Notes: generated from the letters alone by a model not told the origin. 64,000 nt of DNA from Spongospora subterranea f. sp. subterranea (GCA_049724395.1 JAUGWO010000007.1:248001-312000); one strand, 5' to 3'. Counted from the first letter of the stretch, positions 1 through 12,852 are shown. Numbers and translations are program-made.

Positions 1-1343
1 TGACATGTAACAGCCGATAAACAAAGATGATCGAGCGATACCGAACAACGTATATAATAATTGACGGATAGGTTCTGCAAAAAGTTTCCGATATTTGAAG
101 AGCACCAACGGAATGAAGTACGCAGATGAGTATAAGGGAATTAAGCGCCATGAACCTCTTATTACTTCAAAGCTATATCGAAGAATTACTTTTAGAATCA
201 TGTGCGCGATTAGTGTCGAAACAGTGATGAAACAACGTACATGCTTGCTAATAAACAGCTTGCTGTATCTGGATGAAGAAGTGTGCATGTGTTTATTGTA
301 GAAAGCGACAGAGCAGGTTGTCGAAGATTGGATCTGACCAAGTTTAACGTTTCAAGTTGTAACGGTGAAATGGGAGCCTTCTCAATGCATTGGCGATAGC
401 ACTCGAAAACAATACGTTGATGGCCGCCTGGAAACTATGAGTAATTTTATTTTACGAACCTGGGTTATACCTTACTTGATTTATCTAGGAACTGCCTGAA
501 GGATGCCGTTAAGGTCGAGCGATTAAACATCCAATCATGTGTAATAATAGCCGATGATAGAGACATAATCAAGACATCAGCGTGAGGGAAGCCCGGTATG
601 GCCCCACGCTGAACTAGAAGATCGCACAGCAACGCCATGCTCCTCACCCCTAACGACATAGCAACAGCAATCCTAACTGATTTGGGAGCAAGAATCAACG
701 ATAATCCTGCAGCAGCTCCGCTTATTATAGTGCTACAGATTGTTGCTCAGTGCATACATGTCAAATGATACAGTACTGGAAATTACATAGTTTTGACAAT
801 TGAGTCTACATCCTCGCGTTGATCTGCCCGTAAAAAGGGTTGCTCTGCAAGCTTAGCTTGGCATATAGCCATTCCGGTTTCGTATATGCCCAAAAACGAC
901 CCCACAAAAAGTCCCATTCGAACCGCGTTAGTGGCACATTCCAGTTTATAGAAAGATTGGAAAAATGCTCGTAATGTTGGGCATCGTAATAATGATTGAG
1001 ACAAGGATAGCAACATTTGAACTGAGGCATTTGGTTATCAACCGCCGATATTTACTAGATCCTCATAGGTACCTGATGTTCCGAATGCGAATCCTTTAGC
1101 CGAGCGAATGGCTGCTCGTTTTAGGAGACGAGCGAAAAAACGCGGTCCAAAAATGTTCGGAATGATATTTTCATCATCGCTCGAACCTTCTTGTTCAGTA
1201 AGCAGCCTACAAAGAGAGGTAGTACCCGAAGAGACCGCGCCAATGGCAATTGGTTTTCACACTGACCTCGGACGTGAGGGCAACTTGGCGTGAACGCTGG
1301 TGTCTGAGGCGATGAGCGACTTGATAGGGTGAGTCATATCCAT
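1..1343 (-). CDS. TMEM135-like multi-pass membrane protein, multi-exon, 3' end probably beyond the window
   Basis: ATG at 1343 (MDMTHPIK). Spliced reading gives RAAIRSAKGFAFGTS|VQMLLSLSQSLLR...VRMGLFVGSFLGIYE and hydrophobic segments in the 465-698 ORF, resembling the TMEM135 N-terminal region. Confidence 0.55.
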
Positions 1344-1454
1344 AAATGATTTCAGATCATCATTGCGCCCCTGATAGATTGATAATTGCACACAAGTACT
1401 GTTTGGATTTGCAACGTTAAGTACAGTACTGTACACACACTGCCCATACACTGC

Positions 1455-1508
1455 GTTGCCGGACTGTTGCCGGACTGGTGCCGGACAGTTGCCCGGACAG
1501 TTGCCGGC
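1455..1508. repeat. Short tandem repeat, ~5 x 11-12 bp (GTTGCCGGACW)
   Basis: gttgccggact gttgccggact ggtgccggaca gttgcccggaca gttgccggc read directly from the sequence. Confidence 0.9.
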
Positions 1509-2677
1509 TTCCACTTCTCGCCCTGGGCTGGTGTACGGGTGTACAGTGTACACTCCGTACACATAAAGGGTGCAAAAAGGGCAACGACCGCATCACTGGC
1601 AAGATTTTTGTCCCTTGAAGACTTTGAAAAAAAAAATTTTGTCTGTCGAGTGAACACCAACAGTTCGCAATGTCGCTGGGGTGCCCCCATAATAGGATAA
1701 TGGGTAGTTCAGTCGAAGGCAAGGGGAAAATGGCAACTAATCCAGGTATGAAAACCTCGTGCAGAACCTACAGGCTGATTGGACGATGGTTCCTGCAGCC
1801 TTGCAGCCTTAGACACAGCGCCGTCAGATATGGACTCGAGCTCGGTAATAAGGTCCCGATCCGAGATTTTGACCCATGAGCGAGGTATTTCTTAAAGAAG
1901 GCGTGGCATGACATCTTTGACGGTCACATTGTGAGGGTTGCATATTCGACTTATGCTCCACAAAAGCCACACGACGCCGTCAAAGAAACCTCATTTAAGA
2001 AATCGCTTGTCGTCTTCGACATGATTTAGCTAAGAGTTCACGATGCTGCTATGCACATCCTAGACAAGGCTCCGCTGGCCGACTTTGAAATTTCGGTACC
2101 GTTCGCGGTCGAGTTCAATAGAACGAGGTGGTGGATGATTGATAGAATGTGATCATTCTTCCCGTAAGTGATAACAATACAGGTGACTTTTATATACAAT
2201 ATCGACTCAATTTGGATATCTAAGTCTGGCGTTATGTCCAAAGACCTGGAACAACGCCGAATATTGCTCAGGCACTGAGACAAAATTTTGCAACGATCGA
2301 ACATAAGCTCACGGTTCTCGCCGTTACTGGAGCGTTCGGGCCCAACTAGTTTGGCCGGCATATTATCCACACTCCTTTCCTCATTTGCTATGCCGTTGCT
2401 GGAAATGCCTGTCGGCGACCCCTTCTGATCGGTCTAGAAAATCCTGTGGCATCCGGAATACGTTTTTGCAGGTGTTGAATCACAGCACACAATTATGGCG
2501 CTGCGACTCTGTGACTACCTTCATCTGAACGACTGTGGCCCATAAACAACCGGTACTTGGCCCTTGGCAAAACCACTGCAACATCATTATGTTCCTCCAA
2601 CCAACACAGCTCTCGTGGACGGGTGAGTCGGTGACTCTGTGAACAGCACTTTACCTCTTCTCTATTTCTTGGCTTTT

Positions 2678-4521
2678 ATGCTGCGTTTTCTACGCCCAAC
2701 GAGTAATAATGGGATCGAAGCCAAGTCTGCATTGCAAAAAGCGTATGCAAAATCGTCACTGATTTCACGGATTGGAACGTTTTCCGCTGTACTGACGGCC
2801 CTGGTACTGGTAGTCACCCTGCTCCTAGTAGACTTCAAATCCTCTGCGAATGGGATGGCACAACCTGTAAAACAAGCTGGTGTATTATCAGAGGGACAGC
2901 AGGATGTGGACCACAAATTCACGAGAAATAGACGCAAAAACGCTCAACTAAAAAAGCGCCAACCTCGCTCGTCAATTCCTGATGTACCACGCAGAGTCGA
3001 AAAAAATCAACCCATGCAGGTCACCAATCAGGGAATCGCTGATAAAGTTCTGGGCATTGTCCCACCAGTTCCAAAGGATAGAGCAAATAATGCCAAGGAA
3101 GGCCTGGAGAAAATTCAGGGCAAAATAAAGAAACAAAAGAAGGCGGAACTGGGAAAGGTGCTCACAAGTGATGTTCATATGTATACGGGCCAGGATATTC
3201 CTCATTATACCGAAGATGTCGTGTCGTTCAAAAAGCGAATACTACACGCACTGAAGTCTCCTGCAGGCAAAGGAATGATATTTGTCTCACTCGCCAGTTT
3301 CCGGGATGATCTATGCCCAGCAACATTGGTGGAGCTGTTTAAAAAAGCGAAATATCCAGAGAATATCATCGTGGGGTTAGTTGATCAAGTGAAATTGGAA
3401 GAAGGCAGCGATGATGTCCCTTGCGACTCGATGCTTCCGGAAAAATATCGAAAACAGGTTCGGCACGTCCGATTGACATCGCGAGAAGGTCATGGTCCAA
3501 CGCATGCTCGATATATCGCATCAAAACTGTTAGAGGGAGAGGAGTATTACATGCAGATTGATTCGTAAGTCTTTGTTTGCCCTTTTAAAATGAGGCCATA
3601 GGTGATGATTCGGACGTAGGCACAGCCATTTCAGGAAGCATTGGGATACCAACATCATTGCACAGCTTAGTAAACTACCCAATCCCAGAAAGAATATCAT
3701 CACCCACTATCCACCAGGAGATGATGCTGAGTTTGAGGATATCAACCCACCATGGTAACCAACTAAAGATAACAAATAATTGTTTTCGGCGTATCATTCA
3801 TTTTCATTTATGAAGGATTTGTTCAACTCGACAACATGATGACGCTCCGCCTGGGTTATTCGTCCAAGAGAGCGACTGGTGCTATGAAGATAATCGATCT
3901 GAAGGCATAGCGGTCGCCGACGATGGCTCGTTAACAACATGTGTATCGCCTTTCATGGGAGGCGGATTTATTATCGGCCCATCCAGATGGGTTGTTGACG
4001 TCCCCTTTGACAAATATATCCCATACATATTTCACGGCGAGGAACTTCTGTACGTTTTCAAATAGCGACCATTGCCATACCTAAACTTCAGTATAGAATT
4101 GCATCACGTTTATGGACTTCAGGCTGGGACATGTTCACCCCTAGTAAGAATCTGATTGACCATAAATATGGAGGACGAGATAAGAATGTATACGCTGAAT
4201 CCAGTGATTGGCACAATGTAAGCAACATGGGATCATATTTCTTATTAATTGGCAGAATTGTGAAGTATTGGTGGGTTGCAGGCTGGGGAACTGTCAACGG
4301 CGCGAGCTCGCCATATTTTGGGAACATCGCTACCCGGCGACGAACTGATTGCGTTCGATCGATCGGAATTGGAGTTCTTGGGGATGGGGACCGAGCGAAC
4401 ATACGAGGAATATCTTGATTTTGCAGGCATTAAACTCGAGGGCAATTCTACGGGTCGCTGTGGACAGCGATATAATTGGAAGAAAAAAATATGGGAAGGG
4501 AAAATCAAACTAATGAAATAA
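2678..4521 (+). CDS. GT60-family alpha-N-acetylglucosaminyltransferase with N-terminal signal anchor (5 exons)
   Basis: IFVSLASFRD...NIIVGLVDQ; RYIASKLLEGEEYYMQIDS|HSHF (DSH motif spans an intron); THYPP; SPFMGGGF...DVPFDKYIPYIFHGEE...RLWTSGWDMFTP; GMGTERTYEEYLDFAGI. TM segment FSAVLTALVLVVTLLLV. Confidence 0.9.
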
Positions 4522-4627
4522 AACCAAAAATAGGAATTTCTTTTTTGAGTATCAGTGGGTCTACTCTAAAGTTATTAGTAATGCAGAGTTACAGTAGAAT
4601 TAGTATTAAAACAACTGAGTATGATGA

Positions 4628-5889
4628 TCAAAACGGTGCAGAATCAATATGTTTATCAAGATGAATGGAGCTGAACCAATCAAGGAATTTTAGCGATACA
4701 TCAAGCTTCTTATCGACCTCGTTTTGCAGACTCTTCAATTCTACAACTTGCCTTTTCAACGCTTCAATGCTCACAACAGTTGTAGCAAGCTTTTGATCCC
4801 CATTCATACTTGTTTCGTGAACTAATTGCTCACAATATGTTTTGTCAGCTTTCTTATCAAGCAAGCGTACGGTTGCCCTGCTTTTCACCTATATAAACAA
4901 TTCAGATAGTAAGATTACATGTTGCCAGCAATCCAAAACGGAAATTGTCATACCTGAAGGTCAAGCTGAGAGATCTGCTTCTGCATTGCTTCAAAGTCGT
5001 CCAAAATCTTTTTGATGTGCTTGCTCTGGCTTTGTAATACATCAGCAACGTTTTGAGGCTGAATCAAAGCAATGTCGCATTGCAGAATTTCGCATTTTTT
5101 TCGAAGTTCATCCAAAGGAAGCTCAAGAGTCTTCTCGATGACATCGCGATCGGGGCGTTTCTGGAATTCTTTGTATATAGCTTGCATTCGCTCGACAACA
5201 GCAGCGCGCTCCTCTTTCGCCTCTAGAGCCGATAATGCTTGACATAATTCGTCTTCAAGTTTATCCAGTCGGGGTCCAGCCTGGATTCTAAAATCATCTG
5301 AGGCCTTAACCCTTTCTCCTGCAGTCTGAATTAATGGAATTTCGATGCGGTCAACTTTGCATGAGAGCATATCTTGTAGCGCATTCATCTGTTTAGCCAG
5401 TTGTCGGTGGCCGTTCTCTAACCTGATAACAACATCACTATCTGATAATCGTTTCTCGATTGATGCTGATAAATCGTTCATGTCGCCAGTGAGTTGGACC
5501 CTCAGGTCTTGTAATGAGTTAAGATCAGCCTTTAATTTTAGGTCGCGAACAGCACTTTCCAGCAGGCACTCTGTTGCTTCCAGACGCGCCTGAATTGCTT
5601 CCTGGAAACGGAACTGCGATTCGATATGGGCCAACCTTCTGTCTGTGGACTCGATAACCCGATCAACACCATTCTTGATGATATCATATAGGGAGTCGTA
5701 TTTGGAATTCGTAGAAGTCAAGGCAGTAATACTAGCATCCTGTGCAGAAAGACGAGCAGAAAACGATTGCAAAATGGACTCGATCCTGTCGATGTCTATA
5801 ATCCCTCTAAGACTGATAGGCTGTTCCATTACATTTACCACCATTGTCGAATACAGAACTGGGGACTGGCTGGGACTGGGAACTGTCAA
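4628..5889 (-). CDS. Coiled-coil hypothetical protein (2 exons)
   Basis: 313-aa and 86-aa ORFs joined by a GT-AG intron near 4889-4953; heptad-rich in L/E/K/Q; ends KFLDWFSS...SAPF. Start codon uncertain. Confidence 0.7.
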
Positions 5890-6069
5890 AGACTCAAAGC
5901 ACAGCGGTTATGGTACTTTGTAACGTACTCACGTTGTGTACAGTGTATACTGTACAAAACAGTGGGAGTGCTATACATCAGTGTAAGCGCTGTCGTGGAC
6001 CTGACGATCTCTAGCAACCGTAGTCGCTCTTGTGAAGTTAGTCAATGAGGACTATCAGCTGGCTCCACA

Positions 6070-8180
6070 ATGTTGAAACTGGCGGTGCAAAAGAAGGTGA
6101 CTTCTTATTTCCGAGCTGTGGCTTGTTGTTTAACCCACTTGGCCATGCCTTCAGACGTCAATGTTGTGATTGCCATTGATATTGTCTCGTTGTCGAATGC
6201 CTCCAGCAAATGTTTCTCTTCACTTTGTTTGAAAAGCAAAGATTTGATGGCGGCGTGGCTCAACTGGTCTTCTAACGAAGACTTTTGAGCTTTGAGGGCT
6301 TCGACGACCTCTGGTTGATGAGCCTGTTTACGCTCTTCAGCAGCTTTGCTGCTGCTGTCTTTGACAGTAGCTTTGAAGTTCTCGCGGGAAGCGAGTACAA
6401 CATATTATTCGCGTCATGAAGTCGCGAAATTCGAAACACTACTCCTGGAGTTTCAGTCAGACAATCAGCTTCCAGAATCATTCATTGAATGGCAATCTAC
6501 TAAGAAATTATTTAACTTCGTTTGTCAATCCAGTTCTCAAAGCTTACCAAGTCGGTCAGCTTTAGGAACTAGAATACTTGACCAATATGCTGACAATATT
6601 AACCAACAACAACGTTCAAGGCTAATGGAAATGCAAACCGCAACGGGGGCTCGTCTGAATTTCCTTTCTGATGCATGGCAAAACGTATCCAAGCGGCATT
6701 TGCTTGGCTGCATGCTGGGTATGTTTGGTGTGACCGTCAAATTCAGAGAACGATACGTCAATGAGATTGCCTTCGATCCATTTGAACATATCTCCCCGGA
6801 GATTGCCATAATCATCATCAACTAGTCGACGATAGTAATAGATCGCGATGTCACAAATTCGATTAACAGCTGTAAGCATTGTTTCAGGTAATGATCTTGC
6901 TTCAGTTATATACTGTGGATGAAGAAACATCGTCAACATTATCAGTGGCTGTTCGCATACACTCCTGCAGGGTTGTTTTGCGTCACTGCTTCGTGTTCGC
7001 TCAGCCTTGGAGATGCTTGCTGCGAAATACCGAACGGATGCTGAGTTTCCGGCAGCTTGAAGGTTTTTGGAACATCAGAATTTTGGTTTAGTCTTTCCAG
7101 CGCTGAAGAGATTATTCGTCCATTATCCAGTGCGTCCTTCAAACTTCACCGCGACGAAAACACGATGGCTGATATTATAATTTTAATGAGGGAGATTTAT
7201 CAAGGCTTCGCTAACAGCGATCAGGAGTATCAGTTGGTCCCATTGATTGAAAGCCGCTGGAATGTATGCGAACAGCCATGATAATGTTGACGCTGTTTCT
7301 TCATCCACAGTATATAACTGAAGCAAGATCATTACCTGAAACAATGCTTATAGCTGTTAATCGAATTTGTGACATCGCGATCTATTACTATCGTCGACTA
7401 GTTGATGATGATTATGGCAATCTCCGGGGAGATATGTTCAAATGGATCGAAGGCAATCTCATTGACGTATCGTTCTCTGAATTTGACGGTCATGTCCAGT
7501 TTTGGCAATATGTAAAAAAGTCGATGAAAAACTGTAAAATTCCTGTTCTGGCCATGACTATTCTTTCTGTTGCGGTCAATACAGCCACATGCGAGAGGTT
7601 GTTTAGCGAACTTTCACTGATTCATACTGCAAAACGTAGTCGTCTATTACCTGAAAAAGTAAGAAAGACTGCCATCGTTCGAAAGAACGTTCGCGAACAA
7701 GATGATTCAGGATCAAAACAATCAAAAGCTGACCAAAACGATTTGATTTGCACGCATTGTTCAACCAGCAGAGCGTTGCAAGCAAAGAATGGGAGATGCA
7801 CATGAACTTCCTCCTTCCGACAATGTTCATGCCCAAACTGAATCTGAATCTATCAGTGTTGCCAGCGAATCTGAATCGAATAAAGATTGCTCATTGTCAA
7901 TCTGTAATTGAGACGGAGAATGATAGTGACTGGGAAGAATCTATCGAAAACGCTGGGGTGGTGCATTAGCGAACGTCCCAGGCACTGGAACCAATTCCAG
8001 CCTCTGACCGCCGCCCGTTTCCTGATTCAAATCAGGAGAACTTTCCCCAAGAAAGGATCCTCCAGGGTATCCGATCCTGGAAAACGTCGTTGGCAGAATT
8101 GTTCCACCATTTCGAAAGGGTTGAAATGTAGTAAAAACGGAAAAACGACATTTAAACGTTTTATGAATCGCAAACCCCTA
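6070..8180 (+). mobile_element. Degenerate hAT-superfamily DNA transposon (frameshifted transposase, 5' end not found)
   Basis: Fragments KFETLLLEFQSDNQLPESFIE...LPSRSALGTRIL...FLSDAWQNVSK; QGCFASLLRVRSALE; IESRW..CEQP(L)..LFLHPQY; hATC dimerisation motif NTATCERLFSELSLIHTAKRSRL. Possible right end ...GCAAACCCCTA at 8180. Confidence 0.85.
6731..7492. repeat. Inverted duplication: ~235-bp arms at 6731-6965 and 7259-7492, ~293-bp spacer
   Basis: The arms are reverse complements with about 3 substitutions and 1 indel. The same peptide (FLHPQYITEARSLPET...FSEFDGH) appears on both strands in the ORF track. Confidence 0.95.
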
Positions 8181-8360
8181 CACAGTAACCTGTTCAGTTC
8201 TCCTTTTTCATTGGGGTCTGTTGACGTTGTTTAACGGACGACTGTTTGATGTCAGAGGCAGGAGGGGCGACCTGAGTAGCGGGGCGGCGAGAGGCCCCGC
8301 CACCTTAACAGGACCCTGGTCCACCAAAAATGATTCAAACGGCGACCGGTTTGGATCAGG

Positions 8361-10784
8361 TCAATTTGGTAATAAAATCATAGTTTTATTCGGTTTTATT
8401 GTGTTTTGAAAAAAAAAAACGGAGGTCTTCGCGACTTTTTCAAAACTGCAAAAACTTCTTTGAACTCCATGTTGTAATGTGCAATTGATCCATTTGTGAA
8501 CGTCTTTGGCAAAGACGTTCAGGTATCGGTCAACTACTGTAGCGGTATCGGTCATGTCCGGAAAACAAATGGCGAAAGCACCACCCATTGCTGATTGTCG
8601 AACCCGAATTGCATATACTCGGACGTCTTTTATCGGCATCTCGGAACCAATTGATTTGACCATCCTGAATTTACCATAACCTTTCATGTATAATCCTAAC
8701 ACCATCCAATGGAAACTGTTATGATAAAAGATTCTGCCTCTGATTATATCATCTGCGCCTGGCGTCGTTAAGCGCTGTTCTCTGTGATACCAACGGCCTT
8801 GCAGAGACCGATGTTGCTGAAGATTGCGAGACAGTGAAATCGAACGATCCGGGAGGCATGCGATTGCACAACGAGCGATTTCGATAGGCTCAGATGGAAT
8901 CGCATTAAGAAATTCGAACAAGGTGGAAACCAATGTATGGGCATTAAAACCAGTTTGGACAGGGTCTCGAGCAAATTGCTGGTTCGAGCATGTATCCAAA
9001 CAAGGCTCTGGAAAACAAAATTAGAGTAATCATCACGCTTGGAAAGCGACCTTGTTTGGATACATGCTCGAACCAGCAATTTGCTCGAGACCCTGTCCAA
9101 ACTGGTTTTGATGCCCATACAATGATTTCCACCTTGTTCGAATTTCTTAATGCGACACCGTCGGTCGAATCAGAGACAAATTCGGATGAGACTTCACGAT
9201 ATTGGTGATGGTCTGATTAAATTCGGGATCTGAGTCGTTTTTTTTCTGTGGCAGAGCAGCTACGATAAACATCGGTGAGATGCCTTCCGGGGTTTTCTGT
9301 ACAGAAAGAACGGCAACCTGATACGGCGGCATCAACTTACAATCGAATTCGCGACAACCTTCGAGGGTACCTTTAATTCAGAGAACAAATCGTCAAACGC
9401 ATTGGAGCCTTCGGCGGTTATACTGGCAAACGATGTGCTTGACGGAGGAATTAGATAATTTGGATAGATTCGACCAACAATGCTTCCATATTTTGGCGAC
9501 GACAGCAAAGCCGGGACAGTTACTGTGGCGTCGAATGATAAAGATACATGAAAGACCGAAGATGTCGTTTTCGACCGTAATCCCTCCACGTAACGGGTGA
9601 TACGTCTGTAAATATTGTCGGCCTCTGTGTTGAGGACACAGAAGTCTATAAGATTACAAGTCAAAACCGGAACGCATTCATGGCGTTGGACAAAACCACT
9701 TACTAACAGCAGCCGCCGAAATCCGTTGTATATGACGCCAAGATGGTCCTGGCAAGTTCGTCGCGATGAGTGTAAATACTTTCCTTCCATAAGATGCAAG
9801 CATCAGATAGAAGTCCACCAACACCGATTCAAGTGGGGCGTTCATCTGGCCATTTGACCGGGAAACCATTGATCGGAGCATGCACATTAGCAGCGATTCA
9901 CGAATCTCAGTGTTCGTCGGATATAGATGAGCGAACTTATCCATAAATTCATTTACACCGATGACCTCCTGTCCTTTTCCCAAAGTCATATTTGCAGAAC
10001 CCAAACGATCTTTCAATCCCTTAACGGAACTGACATAAGCAAGCCATTGTTTAGCGCACAGCATCAGATGCTTTCGGGCATTGGAGTTGCTGTGTTCTCG
10101 GACGAATGCAAGAAATTTTTCACTGCTGTAACTTCAATGATCGATATTTTCTGCCGGTCAATTGCAAGTTCGACCGCTTCAAGTTTGGCCATTCGTTCAA
10201 ATCGGTTCCGACTCACACGCGAACCGAATGCCTCCTTGCAGGCTGCACTTATCGCAAACCGGGATCCTTTTAGAATTTTCCCATCGCAGCTCAGATGGTG
10301 AACATGCATGACGCCAGCGAAAGAGCGAAAACCCCAATCAGACTGAACACAGCCGTACTTTTCGTATAAACGGACAAGACCTAAACGGGACTGCATTCCG
10401 CCCAGGCAGGTGCGTTTCTTTTTCACAGCAGAGGGAGTGCTAACCACCAAAGCCTTATCTGCCTCTAGAACAGCATCGCTACTCCTCGCTGCTGTGATAT
10501 ACGAAGTAATTAGTCTTTAAGACCGACTGCCTTCTACAGCCCGCATGTGGGTCGCAGTTATAACAAAACATTGCGCTCAGAAAAATACTCTGAGAATATA
10601 ATTGGTTAAAAATCCACCGATTGTGTTCCTTGAGACGTCCAACAGTAAACGGATGCCTGCATAAAATCCGTGTATTATCGAGTTTGCATCGAATCCAGTG
10701 GCCATCTGGGTCAAGGGCGACATTTTCCTGGCTGAGCAGCATGGCATGCTCATCAACATTTCAGGTCTTCACACCCTCCGCCAT
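8361..10784 (-). pseudogene. P-like DDE transposase pseudogene
   Basis: ATG at 10784 followed by an in-frame TGA. Fragments: WIRCKLDNTRILCRHPF (Cys/His N-terminus); FYLMLASYGRKVFTLIATNLPGPSWRHIQR (P-type HTH); SLSFDATVTVPAL...YGSIVG (first catalytic D); VAVLSVQ...FIVAALPQ; DSTDGV. Multiple frameshifts. Confidence 0.65.
8900..9155. repeat. Fold-back inverted repeat: 106-bp arms at 8900-9005 and 9050-9155, 44-nt loop
   Basis: The arms are reverse complements with 3 mismatches. Confidence 0.95.
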
Positions 10785-11262
10785 ATTATAGGGACTATGG
10801 TCCGCTACATTTGAAGCCCGTGGCGGTCGGCGGTAGAGTCAGCCAAACCCTAGGCGGGACCCTGGTCCATGAAAAAATTGTGGGTGGCGTACCGGCGGGG
10901 GATCAGAGTCCGTGATAGGGATGTCGCCCCTCCTGTTTTCTCTTTCGTATGCAGTATCACTCATTTAGCTATAGTCTATGATGAGTGACTGCTCGTTCAC
11001 TGCCGTCTTGCTGTACTGACATCGAAGATGGCAGGAGCAGTGGGAGGCACTTTCAATCGATTTTCCCTCCGTTCAGGATTTCAAGTCGTTGTTAAAACAT
11101 ATTCGAACATGGATTTTCACATACTGTAGTCAAATTTGCATGGAGCTAGCCTATTGTGCTAATTTGGTTACCCACAACATGTCGAATTCAATCCGCTGCT
11201 TGTATAAGCAATTCTGCTCAAACCACATTAAGCTTTGACTCCAAGTTTCTTGACGCCAATGC

Positions 11263-12528
11263 TCATCCCATACGTGGAATTGGAAGAACTGGGGCATTTG
11301 ACAATATATCCTCGATGGATTTCGCAATCTGATCAGTTATTTTGGGCACGACGCTAAGAGCCTGCAAATTTTCTCTCACTTGTGATGGTCTGGTTGCCCC
11401 TATGGCCCGTAAATTCAGTCCTTATTAATCAGTAATAAATGGCATTACCTGTGATAACAGTCGATACATTAGGATTTTTCAGACACCACGCTAATGCAAG
11501 CTGTGCCAAGCTAACTCCCAGTTTTTCGGCGATAACCTTGAGCTGTTTAACTTTTTCGTTTCTCTGTTGTCCCTGTTCTGTTGTTAGATTCGCTCGAAGC
11601 TTTGCCATGATTGCATTATCCTGAAGAGCCAGGCGAGAACCACTCGGAATAGATCCATCGATATACTTTCCAGTCAGAACTCCTGACGCAAGTGGAGACC
11701 ATATCGTTGTTCCGAGACCTTGAGGGTGTCCGTATAAGACCAAATCGGGGACGATGCAATAATTTACCATGCTTTTTGTATAAAGGAAGATACTCCTTCT
11801 CAACACGTTCCCGATTGAACATATTGTATTCGGGTTGTTCCATTATTGGCGATATCAAATTGAGCTTCTCTGCAACACGGCAAGCATCTGTTATTTGTTC
11901 TGCGCTCCATTCACTAGTACCTTGGTAAATCCGTAAATAAACAGCCAACCAACTACCCTAGAATATTTACGCCAACTAACCCCAGTAAAAAGCTTTTCCT
12001 TGCTCAATCAGCCAATTGAAGGCCCGAACAATCTCTTCCATTGGGGTTAAATCGTCTGGGCGATGTGCAAATATTAAGTCCACGTAGTCCTTTAAAAGAG
12101 GTCAGTATCTAGGTTATAGCTAGTCCAGAACATCTTACAAGTTGTAGGCGCTTCAAAGATGCATTGGCACCCTCAATAATATGCTTTCGGGAAAGTCCAC
12201 GGTCATTAACACCATTTCCCCCCCAGTAAAGTTTTGTTGAAATTACTAATGAACTTCGTGGCCAGTTGAATTTTTTTAAGGCGTCCCCTAGAACTTTTTC
12301 CGATTCTCCGCTTGCATACACTTCAGCAGTATCAAAAAAGTTTACGCCGGCTTCGTAGGCAACTTTTACGCATTCCACAGCGGTACCTAATTTATGTGTT
12401 TAAGAGTCTGTACAGTTTTCAGACACTCTGAAGATACCATCGTCAATCTGTGCTCCTTGAGTTACCCAACCGCCCAAGGACAAAGCAGACACCTTGAGCC
12501 CTGTGTTTCCTAGGAAACGGTACTCCAT
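11263..12528 (-). CDS. Aldo-keto reductase, voltage-gated K+ channel beta-subunit family (multi-exon)
   Basis: [43 protein letters not shown]...[44 protein letters not shown]. Confidence 0.95.
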
Positions 12529-12852
12529 TTCGATTAAACTCGCGTCTCAAGGCGCAATAATCCTGAAGATTCAAATGAACTAGTGTGTTTTTCTCCGAGG
12601 GACGGACTCGCCACACATCGGTCGCAACTCACAACTGATAACGGCTACACCATGACTCGCCGCGGTCGGCTGGGTCGCCTTATTCCGCCCGTTTACGGTA
12701 AGTGTCTGCAGTCCCCAAACTTTCACAACTTGCCAACCACTCACTCACTCCGCGCCGCATCTCAATTTTAGCATAACAGGAGTAATTTATCCATACATTG
12801 TTTTCCTTCATCGTTTGCATTTACAATGATCGGCTTTAGAAAGGAACATGGA

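Larger units (their letters stand above)
8259..10935 (-). mobile_element. P-element-like DNA transposon relic with 13-bp terminal inverted repeats
   Basis: TIRs CAGGAGGGGCGAC (8259-8271) and GTCGCCCCTCCTG (10923-10935); subterminal GGACCCTGGTCCA at 8311 and 10857; internal transposase fragments. No target-site duplication seen. Confidence 0.75.

Noticed and set aside
1455..1508. CRISPR-like array
   Set aside because: Units are 11-12 bp with no spacers, the context is eukaryotic, and there are no cas genes.
1670..2640. Short ORFs between the TMEM135-like and GT60 genes
   Set aside because: No recognisable motif or consistent splice model.
5960..6070. Left TIR and TSD of the hAT relic
   Set aside because: No match to the putative right end (TAGGGGTTTGCG) or to its flank was found.
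7837..7880. GAATCTGAATC duplication
   Set aside because: Low-complexity Glu-Ser coding in the transposase tail.
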